From positions 1 through 64,000 of the forward strand of contig JASANG010002570.1 of NCBI GenBank assembly GCA_030248215.1: a stretch of 64,000 bases of DNA, in the 5' to 3' direction. A program made the position numbers and the translations under genes. Positions 23,207-35,693 of this stretch are shown here, one piece after another. The notes under the pieces were generated by a model that saw only the letters and a list, made by a program, of their open reading frames with translations, had not been told where the DNA came from and ran no database searches. Position 1 is the stretch's first letter; each line of letters opens with the position of its first letter. Origin of the DNA: Enoplolaimus lenunculus. Lineage: Eukaryota.

Positions 23207-24516
23207 TACTCTTGCTTTCAGTAGTCAGCCAGGCATCTTTTGTTACTCTGGTGCTAATTACTGGCATATGATCCCGTGTTACTTTTAGGGCCGTCTCGGT
23301 TTCTGGTGGGTTTGTAAAAGAGTAGGCTACATTCTAGACTACATTTTTTGCTTAGGTTTAAGCTAAGGCTTAGGCTTAGGAATACGCTTTTGCAACGCTC
23401 CGGCTTAGGCTTAGGAATACGCTTTCGCAACGCTTCGGCTTAGGCTTAAGCTTAGGAATGTGGCTTTGTAACGTTTAGGCTTAGACTTAGACTTAGGTAC
23501 ACGTTTAATCTACTGGTACGGCCCTAAAAGTAACATTGACCGCCATAAAGCATGTAGCTAAATTGTACAATTTTGCTAAAAAAATACAAGTCGATTATTT
23601 TTCCAGAGAAAAGTATTTACGACTTTTACACCCGCCCCATAAAATGTAAATTCTGTAATGGTTTTGGCTGTTTGGCCTATAAAATCGCTGCCAGACCAGG
23701 TGTTTGCCTGTTTCAATTGTGTATCTACGAATGATTCAACATTTATTTTTTTCAACAAACGTATACCTGTTTCAAAGTACTGAAACAATATATGAGTATA
23801 GGGGTTTGCAGCGACGGATCTAAGATTTTCTGGCGGAGGGGGTTGATTTTGTTTATATTAGCCTGGAACCATTAGTGGATCCAAAGAAGCAGTGGTGTGT
23901 GGGCGTACGTCCCCCGTCAGATTTTTTGGCGATAAAATGGTAAGTCGCCTACCTTACAGCTTTCCACCTGAGAATTTTTTTTTGTAAAAACATACAATTC
24001 TTACACTCAGAAATTGTTTCGTGATAAAACCTTACAATTTTTGCACTTTTGACAATTTTTGGTGATTTAATGATAAGGACCCTATTTTTTTCTTAATTTT
24101 TGCGTTTCATAACTGTTGTCAGTCCGCCACGCCCCGTCATAAATTTTTGGATCCGCCTTTGTCGGAAACTTTTCCATTTATCTGTTATAGCAAACCAATC
24201 AGACTCGGTCCCGGCTCCAATATCCGGTTACATTTTCTTTGTAGAAAACGTAGCCTCCACTGTGACTTTTTTGGTAAAACTAAACCTGGTTTCCCGAAAT
24301 CTTACTTAAGTATTTACTTTTGTTTTGATTAAGTACTTGTTAATGGTAAGTGACTTAAGTAAATAGTTAATACTAATCGTTTTGGGTAGAAAGGTGCCAG
24401 AACTGTAAGTTTGTGGTCCGTTACATTTGGAAAGCAACTCAAGGATTTACTTAACTGCGTTTTTCAAAAACGATAAATTGTTTTGACTCTGGCGGAGTCG
24501 AATTTTGACTCAGTTT

Positions 24517-24927
24517 GTGTAGCCCGGAAAAGCCTATTTTAGTGAGACTCAATTTGACTCACCATTTTTGCAGTGTAGATACAAAACCTTTGGACAAGAC
24601 TTAGCAAAGGAAAAGGCACGAGTCGCATTTTACACAGTCTGTGTAGTCCGGAAAAGCCTATTTCGGAGACAGTCAATTTGACTCACCATTTTTTCCAGTG
24701 TAGATACAAAACCTTTGGACAAGACTTAGCAAAGGAAAAGGCACGAGTCGCATTTTACACAGTCTGTGTAGTCCGGAAAAGCCTATTTCGGAGACAGTCA
24801 ATTTGACTCACCACAAAAAAAACGAAAACAACAAAGGAAAAGGCACGAGTCGCATTTTACACAGTCTGTGTAGTCCGGAAAAGCCTATTTCGGAGACAGT
24901 CAATTTGACTCACCATTTGTTGCAGTG
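24517..24927. repeat. Tandem ~125-bp units made of a CACTG-MITE right end plus flank
   Basis: Unit starts at 24517, 24641, 24766 and 24868; third unit corrupted. Confidence 0.85.
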
Positions 24928-25732
24928 TATGAAATGGTATCTAAGCAGTGTTTCAAGATTTCAATCACTGTTATAAATAATTTTGTCGCTGAATGGTCTT
25001 TTAGTTTTAATATCTTATTTTGTCAAATTTTAGATTTTAAATTGTTTCATTCATATCCAAAATTTACATGTCCAAGCACTGCTACGGCGAAAGAAAACTG
25101 ACGAGCAAAGCAAACGAAAAGTCAAATAAACTTAAATATCGCGATACTTAACTTGAATAGCGTCAAAGTCGCAAAAAAACTTGAAATCGCACATCGGATC
25201 GGTTTTGACATGGCTCCAGGTACCCGTGTCTCTTTAAAAGGGGGTAGGGTGTGGCTGCGTCGGCACGAGGCAGCCATCACCCTTTGAAGTTTACTCAAAA
25301 ACGTTTAAAGTGACTCGATCCCATTTGACCGCCCAACTGGGAGGCATAGATGCGCCGTGTCCCTGGAAATTTGGCTGGTACCAGTCCATATAGACTTGGT
25401 CTAAAAGTAAACAATCTTGAATTGAAATTGTAGGGGCGCCCCAAAATTATTCGATGCCCCCCAAACATAAATTTCTACGGATACCCCTGAACGTAACCCG
25501 CCCCAGAGTTTTTCGAATAAGCTTAATCTACTGTTACGTTCCTTAAAGTAACATTGGCCGAATTAACCTTGTTGGGGAACTATACCTATCGAAATCTTTT
25601 GCGTTTGACTTTCGTACTCGTGTTTCCCGTATATAAGCACTAATCTATAGCCTCACCTTTGTTTTATAACATTTTTTAATCCTTTTAGCGAAATGCGAAA
25701 ACTGTTCATTTCGAAAAAGTTAAACTTTTTGA

Positions 25733-25899
25733 CAGGACCGGAGCAGTCACCCCCCATACCCACCATTTCGACGGCCTGACCCCAGACAGGGGTTGCCATC
25801 AAAACAAGCTTTTAAACGAAAATGAGAACAATATTCGATCATCGCAAGGGGGCCACCAAGGAATTACGGGGAGCTTCCACCGTAGCCTGCTCCGACACT
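25733..25899. mobile_element. hAT-like MITE (CCGGAGCAG subterminal)
   Basis: caggaccggagcag ... ctgctccgacact; inverted relative at 41534-41768. Confidence 0.6.
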
Positions 25900-26822
25900 T
25901 CAAAAATATTGTTCCACTCTGGTTGAATTTTTTTACTTATCACTCACGTTAGGGACGGCGACGGCTTAGACATAGGCTTTAGCTTAGACTTGGGACTAAT
26001 AACCAGGAGTAAGTGGTTTGCGTTTAAGTTGCGTTTAGGTTTACGTTTATCGCTTAAGAGTAGGTCCTTATAATGGACTCTTCAACTTATCGATACTTAC
26101 TGTAGTTAGAAGTTTCACTAAATTCCAACTTTTTAAGTTAGATGGACTCATCCAATCCCGCAGTAAAAGTTAGTTTCTTTCACAGTACTTGCATCATCTT
26201 TGGCTTAGGCTTAGGAATATGTTTAATGTACAGTTACAGCGCGCCAAAAAGTAACCAACTCTCATGGTTCAACCGAAGATGAAAAAACTGAAACCTGTGG
26301 TCGGTTTATTCGCAGTCGGACGCAGACCTGATTGCACCGTAATAACCCCTAACTTGAAGCATCTGACTAACTTCTACAAATTGGCTTTAAAAGCCAGTCA
26401 TTTATTAAAACTAAACTTTAATCTGTTTTATTTAAATTTTACAACTCTTTTTGCCGTAAATATTTCTAAATTAACTTTTTAACCCGCTAGGTGCATAACG
26501 AAGAGTTCAGTTCAGAGGATGCAACCCAGGTTTAACTGCCTCGAACAGCGCGATCAAAAGCAACAAATTGTTTTAAGATTTTGTACTTAAATTGCGTTTG
26601 GCTTCTCGTTCGCATTGTTATGTGAGGTTTTCACTATACATCGCGAGGTTCCCTGTCAGAAATGTCAAAAACTTTGGGATCAACCGCTGCCCCCCTACGA
26701 AAACAACTGTTTGATTTTTTCATTTAAGAATGTTTTAATGTTTTGTTTTCGTTATAGGGACTCGAGTGTCCTTGGGGTTAACATTTCAATTTAACGCATA
26801 TTTTAATTGGTTTACAATAACG

Positions 26823-26825
<3 letters not shown>

Positions 26826-26906
<81 letters not shown>
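26826..26906. repeat. (TA)n microsatellite, about 40 units
   Basis: Direct inspection. Confidence 0.95.
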
Positions 26907-26908
<2 letters not shown>

Positions 26909-27542
26909 CTAAACGTGCAATTGCTTCGTGTCTTCGAGGCATAATTTAATCGTTTAAAAATGTGTTGCTAAAATTTCTCATTTCATAGATGACTCGAAAC
27001 AAGTAATAAAAATCACTGCATACTTTCCAATTCCGCCGGATGAAATTGTTGCGTCGTATCCGCTTCCGCCATATTTACGTTTAAACTCAGGCTTGGATTT
27101 AGGATATAATTTACTTATCCGTAATCATTTTCCAACTCATTTGACTAAGCTTGAGCGTAAGCCTGAGTTTAGCGTTCATTTTCAATGTGGGAAAAAGTGT
27201 ACAAAAGTTGATTTTTGTCGCAGTATTTTTAGTTTCGGAAACCACAAAATTAGTTGCCTTTTTATGGATATCTGTCGGTTTTGCGGGCGTACAAAAACGT
27301 GTCTTGGATGACAGAGCATTCACGAACGAGTCGCGTCGAGCCTCCTAAAACCAAAACGGCTACACGTTTTGTTTCCTTATAGGTTTCATTTAATTCCATA
27401 ATTCATTCAACTCGTATGAAAATTATTGCTTAGCAACCATCATTCGACTGTTTTCGCATTTCTCAAAATATAAGCTACTCCAGTTTAGTCAAGGTATGTC
27501 TTTAGGACTCACTCCTATTTAAACAAATTTAGAAATAACTGC

Positions 27543-27876
27543 GGCCCTGGTATAGAATAGGTGAATAGGTCCTTTTCAAATTTTTCAAATAAAACCCAAG
27601 AAATTAGAGTAAATTGCGATATTACACGGAAAATTGAGATTTTGGAAAATTGCGATTTTGGGGTAATTGACATTTTGGGAAATTGACATTTTGGAAAATT
27701 GGGATTTTGGGAAATTGATATTTTGGAAAATTGACATTTTGGAAAATTGACATTTTGGAAAAATGGGATTTTGGGAAATTTTAGATTTTGGAAAATTGCG
27801 ATTTTGGGGTAATTGACATTTTGGAAAATTGGGATATTGCGCGAGAAATTGCGAGTTACCTGATCAATACACCCAC
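27543..27876. mobile_element. Probable MITE with internal ~19-20-bp TTTTGGAAAATTGACA array
   Basis: Left end ggccctggtatagaataggtga; decayed inverted ttacctgatcaatacac; array at about 27628-27838. Confidence 0.55.
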
Positions 27877-28134
27877 AATATAACACTGCTTTAATATGAT
27901 GACCAACTAAAAAAATGTTTTTTTCCGCTCGAAATTACAATTCCCAGTGAATTGAATCTTCTATTCTCTACGTTACCGTAGCAACGTTTTTCAATAAAGC
28001 ATAAATTTACCCGATTTTAGCGAGAAACTAAGGTTTTTTCGTTTACGTTTTTGCTAAAACTCTGTATAAACTCCATTGTATTTTAATATAACTTCATTGT
28101 GAATAATATTAATAGTTTTATTAATAGATTTTCT

Positions 28135-28268
28135 GGCTCATGTATAGACAGAGCCGGAACACTAGTATAAGCATATTCCTAAGCCTAAGCGAAAAAATTA
28201 GTCTAAAGCTTAAACTGACTATTACAGCCCCTCCGGAAAACGATCCGACCCTGTTCTATACATTTGCC
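28135..28268. mobile_element. TTAGGC-MITE subfamily A, short
   Basis: Perfect TSD gattttct. Confidence 0.9.
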
Positions 28269-28490
28269 GATTTTCTTATAAAAAAGCTGAAACACTAAAA
28301 AAAGTATAGGCTTATGTCCGCGTTGCATTTTTGGGTTTCAACTTATTTACATAGGATTTGCGGGGGCGTGTGAAAAAAATAGAAGGGATGGGTCCGGAGA
28401 GATCGTAATATATATTGGTTTCACGTTACAAATGGAATAGCTCGGTCTAACATTCTACATATTGGAGCCATTGTAGCGAAAAGTTTGCAT

Positions 28491-28640
28491 GACTGCTTAG
28501 CTCTGTGGTTTGAGCAGCGAACCGGTGATCCGTACGTCGTGGGTTCGACAACCACCGCATCCGCAGACAAACTTATGAGCCAGTGTCATGATCCAACATA
28601 TAATTGCTATAACTGCGCTTACTATAGTGCACTAAGTAAC
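28491..28640 (+). mobile_element. tRNA-derived SINE-like element
   Basis: A box tagctctgtgg and B box ggttcgac at tRNA spacing, followed by a non-tRNA body. Similar B-box context at 45357-45385. Confidence 0.5.
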
Positions 28641-31600
28641 ATTTTAATTTCGGGCTTACCGCTTAGCCTAAACCTAAAGCGTGACCCTAAATATTGGACT
28701 AATCCTAAACCTGAGCCTAAACGTAAGCCTGAGTTTAAAAACCTAAGCCTTCTTGCCTTCGTGTCTCCTAGTATTCCTTAACTATAATTATCATGGACTA
28801 TGGGAAGATGAACTTTTTTGGCCCCCCGAAGTGAGACATCCTAGTGGGACGCAGTACACAAGAAGCAAGAGGAGTCACGCCCGTAGGGAGCCCACCTTGT
28901 TCGAAGGCTACGTATTTTTCAGGAGGGGCATACAAGTTGTTTTCGATGACTTACAAGCAAGGTAGAAAATTTTCTAGGGGGAGCCACAATTCTACCAGAG
29001 TAGCTGAGCCACCTGGACCATCCTCTGACAGGGGGCCAATATGGCATTCGTTCCATTAATCTCATCACTGAAATGTATGAGCTTATATCTCCATTGAGCC
29101 GATCTTTCGGTCAGTTAAACACAGCAGCGGATCCAGAAATTTCTGTCGGTGGTGCGGACAGGCAAAAATTGTGAAACGCAATTTCTACTGTTACGCTATA
29201 TATGTGCCTCGGGAACAATTTTAAGGTATGAACCTTACCATTTTATCACAAAAAAATTATCTGACGAATGACGGGGCGTACGACCGCGTCTGGATCCGCT
29301 ATTGATTAACCGCAAACTTTTTTTCCAAATCAACTCGGAAATGTATTTAAACTTAATAAAGTTGAAAGTTAACTGCTGAACAAAGAACTCTTCAAATATT
29401 GACATCAGCGATTTTTTTGTATGCTTAAACGATCACAGGAAGCCGATAACAGCGTTTTGTTGAGTTCAAATTGCTTAAACAAACACTGACAGTTGAAAAT
29501 TTTGACGCATCTTCAATTTGCAAAGTTTTAAGTGTCGTTGTAAGCTTACTTTTTACTTTGAACCTGCCGCGTTTAAGGGTGGATATTGAATGACTCAGGT
29601 ACCGGTGCTTTTGTTGCAAGTTGAAAATAATTAAGTCATGGATTCGTTGAAGTTTGGAAATTTAAGGCCTTATAGTGTATACTATGAGCCATATTCAGCA
29701 CAAACTGTGTACGCGAAATAATACACAATGCACAATGTTCAACAATATTATACTGCAAAAAATGGTGAGTCAAATTGACTCTGTCCGAAATAATGCTTTT
29801 CCTTACTACACAAATTGAGTCAAAATGTGGCTCCGCCAGAGTCAAATTAAGTCTCAATTTTGACTCAGTTTGTGTAGTCAGGAAAGGCCTGTGTCGGAGA
29901 GAGTCAATTTGACTCACCATTTCTTGTAGTGAACTGTGGGACATGAGATGCTGGAGGCAAAAGTATAAGGGGTATCTTTGAAAACCTGACAGGGAGGTGA
30001 GAGATATAGAATGGATTTGAACCAAATTTTCTGCAAGCCATAAGACCTTTGCTAAGAGGACCACGCTATATATAATAGAAATGCAATTCTGGAATTCAAA
30101 CGCAATTTTAGCACTAAATCTTCCAAAATTAGGCTTTTGATCCGTGTCGGGACCGCCATAGCCTGTATGGGAGGCCCCTTAAATGTTCCAGTGGTATTAG
30201 GGTGACATTGTCACAAGGGTCGCCCCGCGATAAAGTGCTAGAGACAAGCGACGCAACGATCAAAGCGGCACCGAGTACAACATCAAAGTAGACAGGCTAT
30301 CACCGCTGTGGTTATCATAAGTAAATGGACATCGAAAAGTGACTACTTAAGTTGTATTTGTAGGGGGATTAATACCTACTTAAGTGTGTGTATAAGCAAA
30401 ACTGTTTAGGAATTTGGCTTTGAATATTTGCGATATTTGCAATACGTTGACGCTGTGAACAACAAGGTAGCTTATTTGATTGGCGTGATTTTTCGGCTGT
30501 GAAATTACAAATTTTGATCAAGGTTTGGTTGTGATACTGTCGCACCTGGGTTATCTGTCGCAGGCGGCGGCAGAAAATCAAGCTCTGACACCTGTAAAAG
30601 TTAGACCGGATATCTCGGCAATTCGCCAGAGCCAAATTCGACTAATTGAGCAACTCAATGAGTCGAATTTGACTCTGGCGGAGTCGAATTTTGACCCAGT
30701 TTGTGTACTCCGGAAAAGCCTATTTCTGACAAAGTCAATTTGCCTCACCCTTTTTTGCAGTATATATATTGCTGTATGTACTTAATTATTCGGTGTGGGC
30801 CAGTACTTAACCCCCCCAACGCCACCATCGATGTTGTGTTACTAAATAAAATATTAAAATAATCTTTAGAATTTGTTTATTGGACGTTTATTTTTGGAAA
30901 TATTGAAATTTTGTAATAAAATCCGATCTCCAACGGTGTTTTAAAGTTCGAAATGTTGTGCAAATTTTACCCCGTTTCCAACGCAATAAACCCCCAAATA
31001 AAAGCCGTTGTGTCGATCCAAACAGTTTCGAACGATGTTGAATTAAATTAATACTCAATCATGATTTATTAACATTATTAACCTTCAGCAAATTGTTTGT
31101 CTTGATACGCTCAAAACGCCAAATATGGTTTCAGTTCTGTAGACGCAGTGGCGGATCCACAAATTTTGGACGGCTGGGACTGGGATCGGCGGGTACTTAC
31201 AATTCATAACAACGCGACATTAAAGCTGCAGTTTAGCTTTTGAATCCTGTAGGAAATAGCTTAGCTGAAGCGGAGGGAATTGAATCACAGGTTCGTTACG
31301 GTGCCTAAGATCGGATCTATGATTTCTAGGTAAATGCCCCCATCTCTCCAAGTTAACCTTGAAAGCATCAGTGTTTTCCAGACAGACTTCAAATCTAATA
31401 CGCCGTTCGGATGATAAATTTTGGCCCGGGTCACAATATGTATCATAATCCAGGGTCAACCAAACACTCGTTAACTCTACCTCAACGAAAACGTTTATAT
31501 CAGGATGTGGATCGAGTCGAACCATATGCCATATTACAGCCAGTTGAATGAAAATCAAATGGATGTGAGTAGGATTTCGCTTGTGGATGGTGTAACTGTG

Positions 31601-31832
31601 TAAAAGTTTTTTACAGCGAGAGTAATCAACGAGAAGACATAGTGTTTGATTTCTGCCATCCAGCGGTTTTAATCTGTCGGACAGTGAAAATTTTGCAGTG
31701 CAACTTGTTTTTCATAAGCTCAAGCTAATAAATGTGGTTTCTAGCCAAAATTAGCTGTACATTGCGACGCTGACTAAACATGTCAGGTGTGTAAAGAATT
31801 TTTGCACCTTTGTGAACACTTTGTAATCTTAA

Positions 31833-32096
31833 CCCTTTCTCACATGAATATTTTCTATTTTCCCTGAGACCTACTTTTATGCTAGGATTCGAACTCCAGT
31901 GACTGGAGTGGGAGGCGTTTACCATCACCACTCAGCTATAGGAGCTTGACGCTCGAGCCCGAGGGGGGCTCTCACGTCGTGTGGTGATTTAGTACTATGT
32001 ATACTCGTTGCAATTGTTAAACCCGGTGCGATATATATTACTTAACGTATATACACTGCACTGAGTTGCCTATAGGCAACTCAATGTGAGAAGGGG
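31833..32096 (-). mobile_element. piggyBac-like tRNA-bearing MITE
   Basis: ttaa|ccctttctcacat ... atgtgagaagggg|ctaa; reverse complement of the 6222 family. Confidence 0.85.
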
Positions 32097-32228
32097 CTAA
32101 ATCTTCGAATATTTGCTGTAAACGAATGTTCTAACTTTTAAAATCCTGTATTAAAATTTTTAAAAATTATTAAGCCAACTTTACTATATATACAACAGCG
32201 TTCGTAATTATTTTCGGCATTAGTTTTA

Positions 32229-32630
32229 TCAAGAGTCGATGATGCCTACTTCAAATTGAAAAGGGGTACATTTTTGTGTAGAAAAGAAAGTAGCCGGGAT
32301 GAGTTGCGTTTTTGGTCTACTCCACCCCCGTTTATTTAGAAGGGGGCACAACCTATGCGAACCATGACACTTTATGTATCCGGCAACAAAAATGATCCCC
32401 TTATAGTTTAATTTAGGGATTATATTGCAGGTAACAACGACCGCCTTCCCTCTAAACATGGGGGTCGGCCCAAAACGCACCGCCTGGTGATACATTGTGT
32501 ACCATGCGGAACCCCGAGAGTTGCACACTCTTGTATATAAAAATACAACGCGCGCTGAATATATTCTTTTGTACACAGAATGTAACCAGTTACACACTCT
32601 TGTTGAAAGTGGTCATTATTCACTTTTTGT
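32229..32630. mobile_element. Unclassified MITE family (CAAGAGTG / CACTCTTG ends)
   Basis: Homologous to adjacent copies at about 61476-61782 and 61789-62093. Confidence 0.6.
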
Positions 32631-33504
32631 TTTATTTCAAAACAAAAAGTATCCTCGTCCACTAGGAATCTCGGATCCACACCACTGTCTTCTGCTACAT
32701 CCGGTTTCGCTTTAGAAAGAATGATGTGTATGACATCCTGTTTGTCATTTAGACCGGAATTCGCTGTCCATTTATTCGTGAGACAAGTTCAACAATTGAT
32801 TTATCAGATTACCACATTGACGGGTAGCAGTGCGAACCGCACGAAGTACTTGAGCTATTCAGCTTTTAGTCTGTCGGTCACAATAGAAATGGACATTGGC
32901 GAGCAAAGATGGGCTATTTTGACGTCCAACTAGGCTATGCCGTACGATCATCTACGAGTTCATTTACTAAGGGTTATACCCTTAAGTAAATAGTTTTTGC
33001 AACTGATTTTAGCGAGCGAGAAATTTGTCTTGACTCCTATGGATTCAGAAAGGCTAAATCGTGGTGGAAGTGCGTTTTTTCTTGTCTTTCCAGACATTTT
33101 GCAACGGAATACAGCGGTTTTTTGTTTTGTCTTCGCATACGGTCGAACGCGTTAGATGACCAAACGAAAGATTGAATTCATAGAGGTTCTGGAATCGAAA
33201 AATAGCATAGACACTGTACTTTTATGGGAAACGTTTTTAACAGTACAGCTTTGATTTTACGAGAATATCTTGAAATTTTGTAAATTTAGTAGTCGTTTTA
33301 TTATCAATCATTGCATTAAAGAAGGCATCTTCATTGTTTTAGAGTCCCTTTAAAGGAAAATGTGAAGTTTTCAAATTTAGAAATAAACTTTTTGTTAAAA
33401 TCTGACGGTTTGACTATGGATGTTTTTTAATTTCTTTAACAAAATACACGTTGTGAGAGCTTACGAAAATTAATTTTTATTGTAAAAATTTGAACCAGGA
33501 TTAA

Positions 33505-33778
33505 GCCCTATTCACACGTGCAAGTTTTTGCTGCGAGAAGTGGCAGCTGCAAATTGCACGCAGAACTTACATTTTTTTTCTATCCAACGACAGAACGGCT
33601 GCAATAAATTCAGTGAACTAGCATGGGTTATTCACACATATGAACTAAATTGCTAGCTAAGGTTTTTAATCAATTATTTACAGCTGCAAATTTTTCGAAC
33701 GGGATTTTGGACAAAACTTGCAAGTGTAAGTTGCTGCTGCAAGTTCTCGCAGCAAAAACTTGCACGTGTGAATACGGC
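33505..33778. mobile_element. TIR element flanked by TTAA
   Basis: ~50-bp TIR gccctattcacacgtgcaagtttttgctgcgagaa. Superfamily ambiguous (TTAA versus TWA target). Confidence 0.85.
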
Positions 33779-34599
33779 TTAACGTTGGTAATGCGAGACC
33801 ACGTCACGGGTACATACTTATTTCCATTTAATACTTTCCAAAATTCCATACACTGAATAATTGATTTTTCTACAAATTGTTTTCTGTTTCAAATTTTTGA
33901 GCCCAAGGGGGGCTGTATATATGGGACCGACCCGACCCCCCTTATCTCCATACGTGCATCCCTGGACGTTAACCGCAATTCATTTTCTCCGTTTTCCATT
34001 GTACTAAACAGATGCGTCGTTATACGGCGATTCGTATAATTTTTTTATTTTCAATATCCGCAGTGTGTTTTTTCGGCTATTTTTGGTGAAAATTATGATG
34101 ATAAACTAATCTATTCTCTAAAATTTCTTATATAACAATAATTTTTTGTTAGTTTTTCAAATTTTACTAGTTTTTTTTGTGTTTTGAAAATGTATATTTG
34201 ACAAGTCGAACGGTGGAACCGTTTGCGTTAGCTCAATGCTGCGATTATTGATGTAAGCTAAAAAATATGGTGTTGTTGAACCATCGTTTCGTGGTTTGCC
34301 AGCTGGTTTTTGTAAGTAACCTAATAGAATACAGTTGTTTTTCGGTGCCGATTCCCTAAAGTCCTAATTTTTCTGCTATTTTTTTGTAGAATTTCTATTG
34401 TTATTTTACGGTTATTTTTAAAAAGAGATATTTGTGTTAAACGTTTTTTAAACAATATATTCTCTTTCGTTATTGTATCTTTTTGAAAAAAATGCGTATC
34501 GAGTAGTGCTCGCAGAACGCACAATTAGGCCATGTTCCCATGATAGGCAATTAATTGTACTTGCGATATCAAAGTTCGGGTTCTTATTTACTATCCCCA

Positions 34600-34800
34600 C
34601 GGAATCGCGATAATTCGTTGCCCGACAACTCGTCGCCGGACCATTTGTAATTCCAAATTTCATCGACTCGACAATTCGTCACCCATTATTAAGCTTAGGC
34701 ATAGGCTTTAGGAATACGCTTAGGATTATGCTTAGATTTATTAACAGGTTTTAGGATACTGTTGAGCGACAAGATATCGGCCGACGAATTGTCGTATATT
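34600..34800. mobile_element. Decayed MITE with CGACAA(T/C)TCGTC repeats and internal TTAGGC-like run
   Basis: gacaactcgtcg / cgacgaattgtc inverted motifs. Relatives at about 20597-20700 and 40530-40670. Confidence 0.5.
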
Positions 34801-35118
34801 GTTTCCGCACATTTACGTTTAGGGTGATTGCTGAAAAACCTTGCGTGATGGCTCACGTGTAATGAGTTACTTTTGAATTTTGTTAAAGTTTTAACGATTA
34901 ACACAAAGTTACACTGTAAATTGTAATGAGTTCATTGATCAACTCAACTAGTGAGTTAGTTATTTTTGAGTTAATATTATTAAACATTGACTCAATATGA
35001 GTTGAGTTGATTCTCACTCTGAGTTGAACCTATTTTGGCTGAGTTGAGGTTCGAATGAACTATTTGTATCATGAATGTTTCAGCATGCATGTCTGGATCG
35101 GACGTCCACTGATATTTT

Positions 35119-35306
35119 GGCCCATGTTACTTTAAAGCGGCATCCACGTTTTTGGTGGGTCAATAAAAGAGTAGGTTTAGATTCTAGTCATTTTTTGCTT
35201 AGGTTTAGGCGTAGGCTTAGGAACTGATTTTTTCAACGCTTAGGCTTAGACTTACGCTTATGAATACGCTAAATCTACTGTTACTCCCCTTAAGGTAATA
35301 TTGGCC
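35119..35306. mobile_element. TTAGGC-MITE subfamily C
   Basis: Perfect TSD gatatttt. Confidence 0.9.
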
Positions 35307-35545
35307 GATATTTTTATTACAAACAGAACCTAATTCAAAAGTTGCTTCAGATCTTTGGCAAATAAGCAACGTCCAGTTTAAAATTTTAGTTTCTAAAAGT
35401 TTCGTCATTTGATTTCCTGTTATAAAAATTATCGGGGTAAAACGGGACGACAAGGCCCAAAATGTTTCTTGGAGCCTCACGGGCCATCCTGTGTCTACGT
35501 TCTTGCTATTCCTAGACGTTTAGTTCCGCGTCACATAGAAGCAAC

Positions 35546-35693
35546 GGCCAATGTAAAGAAAAGCGGCAGAGCAGCATTATAAGCATATTCCCAAGCTTAA
35601 GACTAAGCCAAGCAAAAAAATTAGTCTAAACCTTAAACTTACTCTATTGCAATCCCACAGAAAAACGCTCCGCCCCTGATCTTTACATTAGCC
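35546..35693. mobile_element. TTAGGC-MITE subfamily B
   Basis: TSD gaagcaac/gaagcggc. Confidence 0.8.

Noticed and set aside
31220..31558. 112-aa minus-strand ORF
   Set aside because: No recognisable motif or splice support; length is compatible with chance.
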